A stretch of DNA of 35,924 nt from an uncultured Neptunicoccus sp. (GTDB lineage: Bacteria > Pseudomonadota > Alphaproteobacteria > Rhodobacterales > Rhodobacteraceae): positions 1 to 35,924 of the forward strand of contig CAYWIR010000001.1 in NCBI GenBank assembly GCA_964458375.1. Reading direction: 5' to 3'. The notes below the pieces were generated by a model. The model saw nothing but the letters and a program-made list of their open reading frames with translations, was not told where the DNA came from and did not search any database. Shown in pieces: positions 17,358-27,435 of this stretch; the stretch's first letter is position 1; every line of letters starts with the position of its first letter. A program made the translations under genes and the position numbers.

Positions 17358-18494
17358 ATGTCAAACGCCCCTCTCTCTGGCCTCCGCGTCGTCGAACTTG
17401 CCCGCATTTTGGCTGGTCCATGGGCAGGGCAAACTCTCGCCGATTTAGGGGCCGAGGTTGTCAAAATCGAAGCCCCCGAAGGGGACGACACACGCCGCTG
17501 GGGTCCACCCTTCATTGATCGCGGCGACGACAAAGCGGCTGGGTATTTCCACGCCTGCAATCGGGGCAAAAAATCAGTCATTGTCGATTTTCGCACACCC
17601 GAGGGCAAAGCGGACCTCCTTGGCCTGATCGCCGAAGCAGATGTGCTCATCGAAAACTTCAAGGTTGGCGGCCTCGCGAAATATGGGCTCGACTATGCCA
17701 GCCTCCAAAAGGTGAACCCCCGCCTGATTTATTGTTCAATTACTGGGTTCGGCCAAACAGGCCCATATGCCCCGCGCGCGGGATATGATTTTCTGATGCA
17801 AGGTATGTCGGGCCTTATGTCCGTCACAGGTGAAATCGGCGGCGAACCCCAAAAATACGGTGTCGCCGTAACGGATATTTTTACAGGGCTGTACTCCGTC
17901 ATTGCTGTTCAAGCGGCCCTTGCGCACCGTGAAAAGACAGGGCGCGGACAACACATCGACATGGCCCTGTTAGACGTCGCTGCGGCCGTCACCGCAAACC
18001 AAGGTTTCAATACACTGGCCACTGGCAAAGCACCTGGCCTAACAGGCAATGCACACGTCAATATTGTCCCTTACCAAGTCTTTCCAACTTCGGACGGTCA
18101 CGTCATCATCACATGTGGCAACAACGGCCAATACGCCCGCTTTTGCGAAGTATTGGGGCGCGAAGACCTCATCGACGACCCGCGCTTTGACACCAATCCA
18201 AACCGCGTAACAAACCGCGATATCCTCGTGCCAATCTTGCGCGACGAAACGGTAAAACACACCAAGGCCGAATTGCTGAAATCCTGCGAAGCCAACGTGG
18301 TCCCCGCAGGCCCGATCAATGACATGAACGAACTCTTCGCCGACCCACACATCCAATCCCGTGGGATGCAAATGGAACTGGAAGGACTGCCAGCGATCCG
18401 CTCTCCAATGCGGTTTTCAGACAGCGAATTGGCCATGAACACCGCCGCCCCAAAACTCGGCGCTCATACGGATGAACTGCTAAAGAAGCCCTAG
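17358..18494 (+). CDS. CaiB/BaiF family III CoA transferase
   Basis: LSGLRVVELARILAGPW, ADLGAEVVKIE, NRGKKS, ADVLIENFK, SITGFGQTGP, GYDF, APKLGAHT. Confidence 0.93.
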   Translation: MSNAPLSGLRVVELARILAGPWAGQTLADLGAEVVKIEAPEGDDTRRWGPPFIDRGDDKAAGYFHACNRGKKSVIVDFRTPEGKADLLGLIAEADVLIENFKVGGLAKYGLDYASLQKVNPRLIYCSITGFGQTGPYAPRAGYDFLMQGMSGLMSVTGEIGGEPQKYGVAVTDIFTGLYSVIAVQAALAHREKTGRGQHIDMALLDVAAAVTANQGFNTLATGKAPGLTGNAHVNIVPYQVFPTSDGHVIITCGNNGQYARFCEVLGREDLIDDPRFDTNPNRVTNRDILVPILRDETVKHTKAELLKSCEANVVPAGPINDMNELFADPHIQSRGMQMELEGLPAIRSPMRFSDSELAMNTAAPKLGAHTDELLKKP

Positions 18495-20449
18495 GCCTTT
18501 GCCGCAAACATCGGTCCACCCTTATGGCGTGGAAAGCCGTAGCCGTTGATCATCACCACATCGATTGCTTCGGAACTCTGTGCGATTCCTTCGGCCAAAA
18601 TCGCTTCACCTTCGGCAACCATAGCGCCCAGAATGCGGTCGATGATTTCTTCGGCGGTAAAGCTGCGCCGCGTCACACCTGACGCAGCGGCCTCTTCCAA
18701 AATAATCGCTTCGACAATCGGATCAGGGTCTCCACGACGCGAGCCTTCGGGATAGTTGAACCACCCGCTCCCTGTTTTTTGTCCAAAGCGACCCAGCTCA
18801 CAAATCCGATCCGCAATCCGCACATAACGTTCTTTTGGGTCCCGCGTCGGCGCACGACGTTTACGCGCCGCCCAACCGATATCCAGACCCGCCATGTCCT
18901 GCATGGCAAAAATACCCATCGGAAAGCCATAGGCCTTCATCGCCGCATCCACCTCTTCTGGTGCAGCACCGTCTTCGACCATGTAATCACATTCACGGCG
19001 ATACGCCGTCAGAATACGGTTGCCGATAAATCCATCACACACACCCGCAGGCACGGAAATTTTGCGCAACAGTTTTCCAAGCGCAAAACCCGTTGCAAGC
19101 ACATCGTCCGCCAGCCCATCAGGGCGTACAATTTCCAACAGCTTCATCACATGGGCCGGCGAGAAGAAGTGCAACCCAATCACGCGGCTTGGGTCTTTTA
19201 CACTCGCAGCGATCTCGTTCACATCCAGATAAGACGTGTTCGTTGCCAGCACCGCATCAGGTTTGGTCACGCGATCCAATTCCGCGAAAACCTGCTTTTT
19301 AACATCCATGTCCTCAAAGACAGCCTCGATCACCAGATCAACAGTGTCGAGCGCGTCATAGACAAAATCGCCGCTGAACATGCCAAGCAGCGCCGCCCGC
19401 TTATCTTCAGATATCAGCCCCCGCTTCACACTCGCCGTCAGTGTATCTGCAACGCGCGTTTGCCCCACACTCAGCGCATCCGCGTCCCGTTCGATCATCG
19501 TCACGGATAGCCCTGCCAGCAACAATGCCACACAAATCCCGGCACCCATGGTCCCGCCGCCAATGACACCCACATGGCGCAAATCACGGGCGGCAACGCC
19601 CTTGATCGACGCAACTTTGCTGACGGATCGTTCTGCGAAAAACACATGTCGCAGGGCAGCGGATTGCGGATCACTTAACAGCTCGAAAAACACATCACGC
19701 TCATTGTCCAGCGCCGCCTGCCCGTCTAGACGAACCGCATCCGCCACCGCTTCAACACCCCGAATGACCGAGTTTTGCCCGCGTGCCTTGGCCACCAGTT
19801 TTCCAGCAACTTCCCCCCACGCCTCTGCATCCAATGCGGCAACCGGCGCCCGATCCAGCAGCGCAATAGGTTTGTCCTTACCAACAATCCCTTGCGCAAA
19901 CGCAAACGCATCGTCGCGCAAATCACCCTTCGACACGGCATCCGCCAACCCGCAATTTACCGCATCTCTTGCGCCAATTGGTTTGCCCGTCGCAACCATC
20001 TCTGCTGCTTTTGCTACCGGCACCAATCGGGGCAACCGTACCGTGCCACCAGCCCCAGGGATCAGCCCCAAATGCACCTCTGGCAGACCCAGCTTTGCGC
20101 GCGCATCGACCACACGGTAATGACAGCCAAGCGCCACTTCCAAACCACCGCCCAGCGCCGTTCCATGAATGGCTGCCACCCAAGGCTTCTGCGCCCCTTC
20201 GATCGTCAAAATAACGTCAGGCAAGCTAGGGTCCACAAAGGGTTTGCCAAATTCAGAAATATCCGCCCCTGCCATAAAGGTGCGCCCAGCCGCGATCAAA
20301 ACAACCGCCTTCACTGCGTCATTGGCATCGGTTTCCGCCACGGCATCCGCCAAACCCGCACGCACCGCATGGCCCAGCGCATTCACAGGCGGGTTGTCCA
20401 CCGTGACAACTGCGATTTCGTTTTCAATCTCAATCGTCACAGCGTTCAT
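18491..20449 (-). CDS. Bifunctional enoyl-CoA hydratase / 3-hydroxyacyl-CoA dehydrogenase
   Basis: NPPVNAL, AGADISEF, ALGGGLE, GLPEV.LG.IPGAGGT (crotonase domain); GGGTMG, IEAVFE, NTSYL, GLHFFSPA, GFIGNR (HAD domain). Confidence 0.93.
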   Translation of the reverse strand: MNAVTIEIENEIAVVTVDNPPVNALGHAVRAGLADAVAETDANDAVKAVVLIAAGRTFMAGADISEFGKPFVDPSLPDVILTIEGAQKPWVAAIHGTALGGGLEVALGCHYRVVDARAKLGLPEVHLGLIPGAGGTVRLPRLVPVAKAAEMVATGKPIGARDAVNCGLADAVSKGDLRDDAFAFAQGIVGKDKPIALLDRAPVAALDAEAWGEVAGKLVAKARGQNSVIRGVEAVADAVRLDGQAALDNERDVFFELLSDPQSAALRHVFFAERSVSKVASIKGVAARDLRHVGVIGGGTMGAGICVALLLAGLSVTMIERDADALSVGQTRVADTLTASVKRGLISEDKRAALLGMFSGDFVYDALDTVDLVIEAVFEDMDVKKQVFAELDRVTKPDAVLATNTSYLDVNEIAASVKDPSRVIGLHFFSPAHVMKLLEIVRPDGLADDVLATGFALGKLLRKISVPAGVCDGFIGNRILTAYRRECDYMVEDGAAPEEVDAAMKAYGFPMGIFAMQDMAGLDIGWAARKRRAPTRDPKERYVRIADRICELGRFGQKTGSGWFNYPEGSRRGDPDPIVEAIILEEAAASGVTRRSFTAEEIIDRILGAMVAEGEAILAEGIAQSSEAIDVVMINGYGFPRHKGGPMFAAKA

Positions 20450-20461
20450 CGGATCTTCCTC

Positions 20462-21580
20462 TTACAAAACAGCGTCCAGCGCTTTGCGCAACTTGGTAAC
20501 CGCACCATCTACGTCATGCAACTTATCAAGCCCAAAAAGCCCCAATCGGAAGGATTTGTAATCCTCTGGCTCATCACACATCAACGGTACGCCAGCCGCG
20601 ATTTGCATTCCTTCAGCCGCGAATTTGCTGCCATTCTGGATGGCAGGGTCATCGGTATAGGACACCACAACACCAGGCGCGCCAAATCCGTCCGCAGCCA
20701 CCGAAACGATACCCTTTTCAGCCAGCATCGCACGCACTTTCGCACCCAGCTCCAACTGCTCTTCGCGCACTTTGTCAAACCCATACTCTTTGGTTTCAAC
20801 CATCGTGTCCCGAAACGCACGCAGCGCATCTGTCGGCATGGTCGCGTGATAGGCATGCCCGCCATTTTCATAGGCTTGCATGATCGAATACCACTTGCCC
20901 AAATCCACTGCAAAACTGCTCGACTGTGTATCACCAATTTTCGACAGCGCATGATCCGACATCATAACCAGCCCCGCTGACGGCGAGGCAGACCAACCCT
21001 TTTGCGGCGCAGAAATCAGCACATCCGCGCCAACGGCTTTCATATCAACCCACGCACACCCAGACGCGATACAATCCAGAACGAACAAACCACCATAGGA
21101 ATGCACGGCATCCGTAACCGCCTTGATATAGTCATCAGGCAGGATCAAACCCGCCGAGGTTTCCACATGCGGTGCGAAAACAATATCGGGCTGTTCTTCT
21201 GCAATTTTCGCCACAACCTCATCAATTGGCGCTGGGGCAAATGGCGATTGGTGGGCATTGGCTGTGCGCCGCGCTTTCATCACAGTTTCTGATGCAACGA
21301 TCCCGCTGGCCTCAAAAATCTGCGTCCAACGATAGGAAAACCACCCATTGCGAATAACCATGGCCTTCTTACCATCCGCAAATTGGCGCGCCACGGCTTC
21401 CATGCCATAGGTCCCGCCACCTGGCACAATCGCAACGCCATCCGCGTTGTACACCTCTTTCAACATCCCATTGATATCAAGCATCACATCCTGAAACGCC
21501 TTGCTCATGTGATTAAGGGACCGGTCCGTAAAGACCACTGAAAATTCCATCAAGCCATGTGGGTCAACAATCGAGTTCAT
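20462..21580 (-). CDS. Class V aminotransferase (serine-pyruvate/alanine-glyoxylate-like)
   Basis: EFSVVFTDRSLNHMS, GGGTYGMEA, HVETSAG, DCIASG, SAPQKGW (PLP Lys), YHATMPTD, FRLGLFG; AGGAG SD before ATG 21580. Confidence 0.88.
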   Translation of the reverse strand: MNSIVDPHGLMEFSVVFTDRSLNHMSKAFQDVMLDINGMLKEVYNADGVAIVPGGGTYGMEAVARQFADGKKAMVIRNGWFSYRWTQIFEASGIVASETVMKARRTANAHQSPFAPAPIDEVVAKIAEEQPDIVFAPHVETSAGLILPDDYIKAVTDAVHSYGGLFVLDCIASGCAWVDMKAVGADVLISAPQKGWSASPSAGLVMMSDHALSKIGDTQSSSFAVDLGKWYSIMQAYENGGHAYHATMPTDALRAFRDTMVETKEYGFDKVREEQLELGAKVRAMLAEKGIVSVAADGFGAPGVVVSYTDDPAIQNGSKFAAEGMQIAAGVPLMCDEPEDYKSFRLGLFGLDKLHDVDGAVTKLRKALDAVL

Positions 21581-21661
21581 GGGTCTTCTCCTAAAGAATA
21601 ATTTCGCCAAACTTATCGCGGGTTTAGATAAGCGCAAGCCAAACACTCAAACTGCGACAGT

Positions 21662-22426
21662 TTAAAGTATCTCGCTATCGAACCAAGCGTCCGCAGCGGG
21701 GGCCAAATCCGCCAACAATTGATGCACAATCGTCCGACAATCTTCACCGCGCCAGCCCTCTGGAAAAAACTCAGGCGGCAAATCCGCATGACGCAAAACC
21801 AATCGCCGCCATTGATGCACTATCAAGGTGCGCAGAACGGCCGCCGATAAGGGGCTGGATCCCGTCACATCCAATGCCGACAATGTCGAATAAAGATCGC
21901 CATATGCCTGCACCAAATCGGTCGATCCAATACGATCTTTCACCCAATTCGGAACCACATCAAATTCACCAGACACGCTCAGCGCATCTTCAAAACCAAC
22001 ATCTTTGGGCGTCAAATAACTACGCCCACCAAGCGCAATGGCCCCGTCTGGCGCTCCATCAACACTGCTTGGCAAAACCGCCAGTTTCCACCCATCCGCA
22101 GACCCGTGGTACGGCGCATAAATCCTTGTTGTCGCTGGGCCAAAAACCGCCTTGCCCTTCTCCGACAATTGAAAAAAGCTCAGCCGTCCTTTCTTGCTGC
22201 GCTGCAACCAACCGTCTTTGGTAAGCCGCGACATGGCCACACGAAACGCCTCTGGCTTTACACCCATTTCTGCGGACAACGCGGCCAAGCTGGTCGAAGC
22301 CACCACACCACCACGGGGAACAACAGCATCGCCAAATACGGTGATCACAACGGACCACACACGAATGCGTCCCAATCCAACCAATTGGTCGATGGCTTGC
22401 TTGCTCTGATGGGCCCCCTGCGTCAT
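21662..22426 (-). CDS. paaX: PaaX-family transcriptional regulator
   Basis: RVWSVVITVFGD, FRVAMSRL..DGWL, RIYA, LIVHQWRRLVLRHADLP.EFFP..W.G; start inferred at ATG 22426. Confidence 0.82.
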   Translation of the reverse strand: MTQGAHQSKQAIDQLVGLGRIRVWSVVITVFGDAVVPRGGVVASTSLAALSAEMGVKPEAFRVAMSRLTKDGWLQRSKKGRLSFFQLSEKGKAVFGPATTRIYAPYHGSADGWKLAVLPSSVDGAPDGAIALGGRSYLTPKDVGFEDALSVSGEFDVVPNWVKDRIGSTDLVQAYGDLYSTLSALDVTGSSPLSAAVLRTLIVHQWRRLVLRHADLPPEFFPEGWRGEDCRTIVHQLLADLAPAADAWFDSEIL

Positions 22427-22470
22427 GCTGCGTTTATACTCTGAAACAATCAGATAACCATGGGGGAAAA

Positions 22471-22908
22471 ATGTCGAATACAGGATTTTCAATTGAAGAT
22501 GGCAAAGCACTCTTGGCCGACGTCTTTGCGCCTTGGGTGTTGCAGCAAAACCTGACACCCACGTCATTCAGCAAAACAGAGGCCACCTTCCTCCTCCCTG
22601 CCAACGACGCACTTGCCTTGCGCGGGGGACCAGGCACCAATTTGATCTGCGGCCAAGCCATTGCCGCCGCCGCAGACACCGCCACCGTCATCGCTCTTGC
22701 AGGGGCAAATGGTCGCTTCCGCAAATGCACCACTGTTGATCTGTCCATAAACTACCTCCGCCCCTTGCCCATGGGCGACAGCGTCATCACAGTCGCGATC
22801 GAAAGCAACGGTCGCAAACTCGCCACCTGCCGCCTTTCCGTCCACGCCGAAGGGTCCACAAAACCCGCCGCGCTGGCCACGGCCACATTCATGTATCTCG
22901 AAGATTAA
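22471..22908 (+). CDS. PaaI-family hotdog-fold thioesterase
   Basis: FAPWV, ICGQAIAAAADT, TTVDLSINYLRP, GRKL. Confidence 0.85.
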   Translation: MSNTGFSIEDGKALLADVFAPWVLQQNLTPTSFSKTEATFLLPANDALALRGGPGTNLICGQAIAAAADTATVIALAGANGRFRKCTTVDLSINYLRPLPMGDSVITVAIESNGRKLATCRLSVHAEGSTKPAALATATFMYLED

Positions 22909-22920
22909 CGCACAAGCGCT

Positions 22921-23922
22921 CTATTTTGCAGCAGCCAGAACAGATGCCATGGCTTCCACCAGAACACCTTCGTCCTCAACTTCCAAACGGACAGGCAAAG
23001 TGATGACCTTATGTCGCCAGTCCTTTGGAAGACGCACAGCATCTTTTTCCGTCGTCACCATCTGCGCCCCCATCTGCGCGGCTTCCATCTCCATACGGCG
23101 CAACAACGTGGGGGACAGCGTTTCGTGATCGCCAAAAGATCGCGTTCCAACAACATGCGCCCCAGTTCCTTGCAAGGTCGCAAAGAATTTCTCAGGCCGC
23201 CCAATGCCGGCAAAGGCAAAGGCGCGCAAGTCATGCCACAACATGCCAGTTTGCAACGGTTCCAACGCTGCTTTCACATGGGGAACATCTTCTGTCCCCT
23301 TGAATCGCTTGGCAAAATCACGTTGAGCGGTGTGCGGCCCAATGCTCAAAACCATATCCGCCATAACCAACCCATCGGATACACTTTGGCGCAATGGCCC
23401 CGCTGGCAACAAACGTTCGTTCCCAAACCCAACACCCGCATCCACGACCATGATCGTAAAATCTTTGATCAACGCAGGATTCTGCATCCCGTCATCAAGG
23501 ATCACAACCTCTGCCCCTGCAGCAATGGCCGCCTTGGCACCAGCGGCACGATCTTTGGCGACCCAGCACGGACCAAACGCCGCCAGCAACAACGGCTCAT
23601 CCCCCACATCACTGGCCGTGTGAACGGCTTCATCCACACGCAACGGGCCTTCCACAGATCCACCATATCCTTTGGAAACAACATGCGCTGTCACCCCCAA
23701 ATCATTGAAAACAGACAAGAGTTTTATAACCGTTGGTGTCTTACCCGTTCCACCCACGTTGATATTTCCAACACAGACTACAGGCACTGACACCCGCACA
23801 TGTGCCCCCGTTCTTTGTCTCCGATCACTCAGCACACGCCACAGGATCGACAACGGATGCAACGCACGCGCCCAAACTCCGGGTTTACTCGGTGGATTAA
23901 ACCAGAACGCTGGAGCTTTCAT
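22921..23922 (-). CDS. lpxK: Tetraacyldisaccharide 4'-kinase
   Basis: VPVVCVGNINVGGTGKTP, SKGYG, GDEPLL, LDDGMQ, LLPAGPLR, FAGIGRPEKF, TTEKDAVR; ATGA overlap with waaA. Confidence 0.96.
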   Translation of the reverse strand: MKAPAFWFNPPSKPGVWARALHPLSILWRVLSDRRQRTGAHVRVSVPVVCVGNINVGGTGKTPTVIKLLSVFNDLGVTAHVVSKGYGGSVEGPLRVDEAVHTASDVGDEPLLLAAFGPCWVAKDRAAGAKAAIAAGAEVVILDDGMQNPALIKDFTIMVVDAGVGFGNERLLPAGPLRQSVSDGLVMADMVLSIGPHTAQRDFAKRFKGTEDVPHVKAALEPLQTGMLWHDLRAFAFAGIGRPEKFFATLQGTGAHVVGTRSFGDHETLSPTLLRRMEMEAAQMGAQMVTTEKDAVRLPKDWRHKVITLPVRLEVEDEGVLVEAMASVLAAAK

Positions 23923-25202
23923 GAGGCGGCCCCCATTGGAAAGTGATCCCAAATCGCCTCGACCATCGCATCCGTGGCATCCGCCCCTTCAGAACTCACC
24001 ATCCACCCCGCATGGGCCATGGCCGCTGCGCGATCAGGAACCACCAATTCAGTTACGGCTTCTACCAAGGACGATACAGACGTTACCTCAATGGCCGCAC
24101 CTGCATCGCGTAAACGGAGGTAAACATCCGCATAATTGTCCACATGTGGCCCATGAATGATGGCCGAACCCAAGTTCGCTGCCTCTAACGGGGTATGCCC
24201 ACCCCGCGCGACCAGCGAACGGCCTAGAAAACACACTGCAGCCATCTGATACCACAGTCCCAGACCATCAAATCCTTTGGCCACAATCACATCTGTTCTG
24301 GGCGGTAACTCATCCAATTCATGACTGTTTTTAAAATGTAGACCCATCGCATCACAGACGCCGCCAACCAAATCCGTATCCTCTGGATTTTCAGGCACGA
24401 TGATCAACATCAAGCGATGCGTTTGACGCTGCGCCTTTTTATGCGCCTCTAGAATTTGTTCAATTTCTTCGGAACACACTTTGGCCGCCAACCACACGGG
24501 GCGCCCATCCAACTGCTTTGACACCCGTGATCGCCGCGCTTCATCATGGGGCAAGGCCAGCGCCTCTTCGAACAAAGAACCCATCACACTGGCGTCCATG
24601 CCAAAATGCTTCACCTGCTTTCGCGTGTCTTCGTCAACAACCAGCACTTGATCAAAACTGTTCAACACTGGTTTTCCAATGCTCGGCAGCCAGCGAAATT
24701 GCGGATTGGCCCGATCCAAATTCTGCACATTCACAAGCAGCGCAGGGATTTTACGCGCCTCGACCTCGCGGTTCATCACAGGCATCAGCACGTCATCCGC
24801 CCAAATACACAGATCAGGGGCCCAATGGCTCAAGAACCGTTCCACCGCGGCGGGTTTGTCAAAGGGCGCATATTGGTGGATCACCCCACTTGGCATGCGC
24901 AAAGCAAAAATAAAGTCTTGGACTTGCTCTTGCGTGGTGATCAAAATCGAAATGTCGGGCATCTCGTCGCGGCACTGTTCGATAGCGCCAACCAGATTAA
25001 GCGCACCCTTTAAATTCGCCACATGAAACCAAAGCAGTGTCCCGTCAGGTCGGGAAAGGTCTGTTTTCCCGCGCCGTTCTTGCACGCGGCTGGCATCCTC
25101 AACGCCACGGGCAACGCGCCGCGACAATTCATGCTGTGCCAATGGCTCAGTAATCATCGCCGCACCGCGCAAAAGAGTTTCGCCAAGGCTCTTAGACGGC
25201 AT
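23919..25202 (-). CDS. waaA: Kdo transferase family protein with a degenerate N-terminal motif
   Basis: ERRG...RP.G.L.W.H, HQYAPFD, FLSHW.P, LGRSL...GGHTPLEAA, HGPHV.N; translationally coupled to lpxK. Confidence 0.8.
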   Translation of the reverse strand: MPSKSLGETLLRGAAMITEPLAQHELSRRVARGVEDASRVQERRGKTDLSRPDGTLLWFHVANLKGALNLVGAIEQCRDEMPDISILITTQEQVQDFIFALRMPSGVIHQYAPFDKPAAVERFLSHWAPDLCIWADDVLMPVMNREVEARKIPALLVNVQNLDRANPQFRWLPSIGKPVLNSFDQVLVVDEDTRKQVKHFGMDASVMGSLFEEALALPHDEARRSRVSKQLDGRPVWLAAKVCSEEIEQILEAHKKAQRQTHRLMLIIVPENPEDTDLVGGVCDAMGLHFKNSHELDELPPRTDVIVAKGFDGLGLWYQMAAVCFLGRSLVARGGHTPLEAANLGSAIIHGPHVDNYADVYLRLRDAGAAIEVTSVSSLVEAVTELVVPDRAAAMAHAGWMVSSEGADATDAMVEAIWDHFPMGAAS

Positions 25203-25241
25203 CAGAAGGCTCCCGAAGATGCTGTTTCATGCCGCGCATTC

Positions 25242-26018
25242 CTACACCGCCAAGTGTTTCAGAAACGGCGCACGCAGCGCAGGCGCACAGGCAATCATGC
25301 CAGGTATTTTCGCATCGGCAGAATTGTACACAGGCGCGCGTCCTTGCGCATCGAAAACTGCCGCACCTGCTTCGGTGCAAATCAAATCCCCTGCCGCAAC
25401 ATCCCATTCCCACGCTGGGCGAAACGTAAACATCCCGTCAAAACGCCCGTTCGCAACCAGTGACAAGCGGTACGCCAACGAGGATCGAAAATTCCGCTTC
25501 ACAGGTGGCACACCCCCTGGCCAATGTTTTGCGTCCATCATGGGTTTTGCCACCAAAACCTCGGCCTGATCGAGCGCCGTCACAGCACTTGGTGCAATCG
25601 CCACACCGTTCAACGTTGCGCCTCCACCACGGGTCGCAGCGAATGTCATGCCTTTGGCTGGCAAATACACAGCCGCCGCCGTCACGACGCCCTGTTCGGC
25701 CACGGCAAAGGAATGCGCGAAATTTTCATGGCCTTGAATAAACGCGCGGGTTCCATCAATCGGATCAAGGATAAACACCCGCTCTGCCTGAAGCCTTGCG
25801 CTGTGGTCTTCGCTTTCCTCTGACAGCCACCCATACTCTGGCCTTGCGGATTGCAGCCGCGATTCCAGCATCGCATTCACTTCCAAATCTGCCACAGTGA
25901 CGGGGCCTTGATCGCCCTCTTTGTCCCAAACCTCTGGGTCGTTCTTGAAATACTTCAGCGCAATATCGCCAGCCTCTGCTGCCACATCTAACAAAAGATC
26001 AAGATCACGCTCCGGCAA
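25242..26018 (-). CDS. Inositol monophosphatase / CysQ-family phosphatase
   Basis: PVTVAD, GWLSEE, ILDPIDGT, WEWDVAAG motifs. Confidence 0.9.
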   Translation of the reverse strand: MPERDLDLLLDVAAEAGDIALKYFKNDPEVWDKEGDQGPVTVADLEVNAMLESRLQSARPEYGWLSEESEDHSARLQAERVFILDPIDGTRAFIQGHENFAHSFAVAEQGVVTAAAVYLPAKGMTFAATRGGGATLNGVAIAPSAVTALDQAEVLVAKPMMDAKHWPGGVPPVKRNFRSSLAYRLSLVANGRFDGMFTFRPAWEWDVAAGDLICTEAGAAVFDAQGRAPVYNSADAKIPGMIACAPALRAPFLKHLAV

Positions 26019-27348
26019 TGGTCAAACCTTCCACCAAAAGGCTCGGCACCACACGGCTTAGATGGGCGCGGCCGTCATTTGCGGGTGTGATATTCATCAA
26101 CATATCGCGCAGGTTTCCTGCCACAGTGCACTCGTTCACAGGTCCAGTGATTTCACCGTTTTCAACCCAAAACCCAGACGCCCCACGGGAATAATCACCC
26201 GTGTTCGGGTTGATTGTAGACCCAATCATGGACGTGATAATCAACCCTGTGCCCATTTGCGCAATCAACGCCTCTCGGCTTTGATCCCCCTGTGTCAGGC
26301 TCAAATTGCCCGATGACGGCGACGGTGGATTGGACACCCCGCGGCTGGCATTGCCCGTGCTCTCCATCCCAAGTTTGCGGGCCGTCGCCAGATCAAGCGT
26401 CCAGCCCTGCAAAACACCATCCTTCACAATCGCCCGCTCCTGTACGGGCAACCCTTCTCCGTCAAACGGACGGCTGCCTGCTACACGTGGGCGGTGTGGG
26501 TTTTCAACCAACGACAAACCGCTTGGCAAAACCTGCTCTCCCAGCGCGTCTTTGAGAAAACTTGCCCCGCGCACGATAGCCGAGCCATTGATGGCCCCCA
26601 CCAAATGTCCGATCAGGCTTGCGGCAATACGTTCGTCAAACAACACAGGATACGCCCCTGTTGGGGGGCGCGTTGATCCCGCACGCTCCACCGCGCGTTC
26701 ACCTGCCAATCGGCCAATGCCTGCCGCATCGGGCAGGTCGGCCAAATGACTACGCGCTTCGCCGTGGTAATCCCGCTCCATCGTCAGGCCTTCACCCGAA
26801 ATCGCCACACATGACGTGGAATAAGACCCGCGACGATATCCACCACGAAACCCGTTACTTCCCGCCAAAAACAAAGAGGTATCGGAAAATCCTGAACCAG
26901 ATCCCTGCGCCTGCGCCACACCCTCTACTGCCAACGCGGCCGCTTCGGCCTCAACCGCCCAACGCTGCAATTCTTCCGCCGCAGGGGCATCACCCCCATC
27001 AAACAGTTCCAGCGCATCCACGTCCCATTCTGTGGCCAACTGGCTCGGATCAGCCAACCCACAGGTCGGGTCCGCTGGCGCCTCTTTTGCCATGGCAACG
27101 GCGCGTTCTGCCATGGTTGCGATGCTGCTCGCGCTGTCATCAGAAATGGACACACAGGCCTGTCGCTCGCCCATCAGAACACGCAAACCCAGATCAATTC
27201 CCTCGGCCCGCTCTGCATGTTCCAACGCGCCTTCGCGCACTTCAATCGACACAGACGTACCCTTTGCAATCAACGCATCCGCTGCATCTGCACCCGCCGC
27301 CTTGGCTGCATCCAAAACCCGTTCGGCCAATTCTGCCAGTTGTGTCAT
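26005..27348 (-). CDS. pmbA: TldD/PmbA-family protein, PmbA/TldE type
   Basis: GLRV, FDGEG, STGNASRG, NPNTGDYSRGASGFWVENGE, AGNL; lacks the TldD HExxGH zinc motif. Confidence 0.88.
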   Translation of the reverse strand: MTQLAELAERVLDAAKAAGADAADALIAKGTSVSIEVREGALEHAERAEGIDLGLRVLMGERQACVSISDDSASSIATMAERAVAMAKEAPADPTCGLADPSQLATEWDVDALELFDGGDAPAAEELQRWAVEAEAAALAVEGVAQAQGSGSGFSDTSLFLAGSNGFRGGYRRGSYSTSCVAISGEGLTMERDYHGEARSHLADLPDAAGIGRLAGERAVERAGSTRPPTGAYPVLFDERIAASLIGHLVGAINGSAIVRGASFLKDALGEQVLPSGLSLVENPHRPRVAGSRPFDGEGLPVQERAIVKDGVLQGWTLDLATARKLGMESTGNASRGVSNPPSPSSGNLSLTQGDQSREALIAQMGTGLIITSMIGSTINPNTGDYSRGASGFWVENGEITGPVNECTVAGNLRDMLMNITPANDGRAHLSRVVPSLLVEGLTIAGA

Positions 27349-27435
27349 GCCTCAATCCTTATGGTTGCTTAACCAATACGACAAACGGCAGGGCTGCAAA
27401 ACCCTGCCGCGTGACTTTTACTCAACAAAAAGGGG

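Noticed and set aside
19775-20980. 401-aa plus-strand ORF
   Set aside because: Antisense shadow spanning two well-supported minus-strand genes; Arg/His-rich composition typical of off-frame translation.
26005-27348. RiPP/microcin biosynthetic cluster suggested by PmbA
   Set aside because: Housekeeping context; no precursor peptide, YcaO or tldD nearby.
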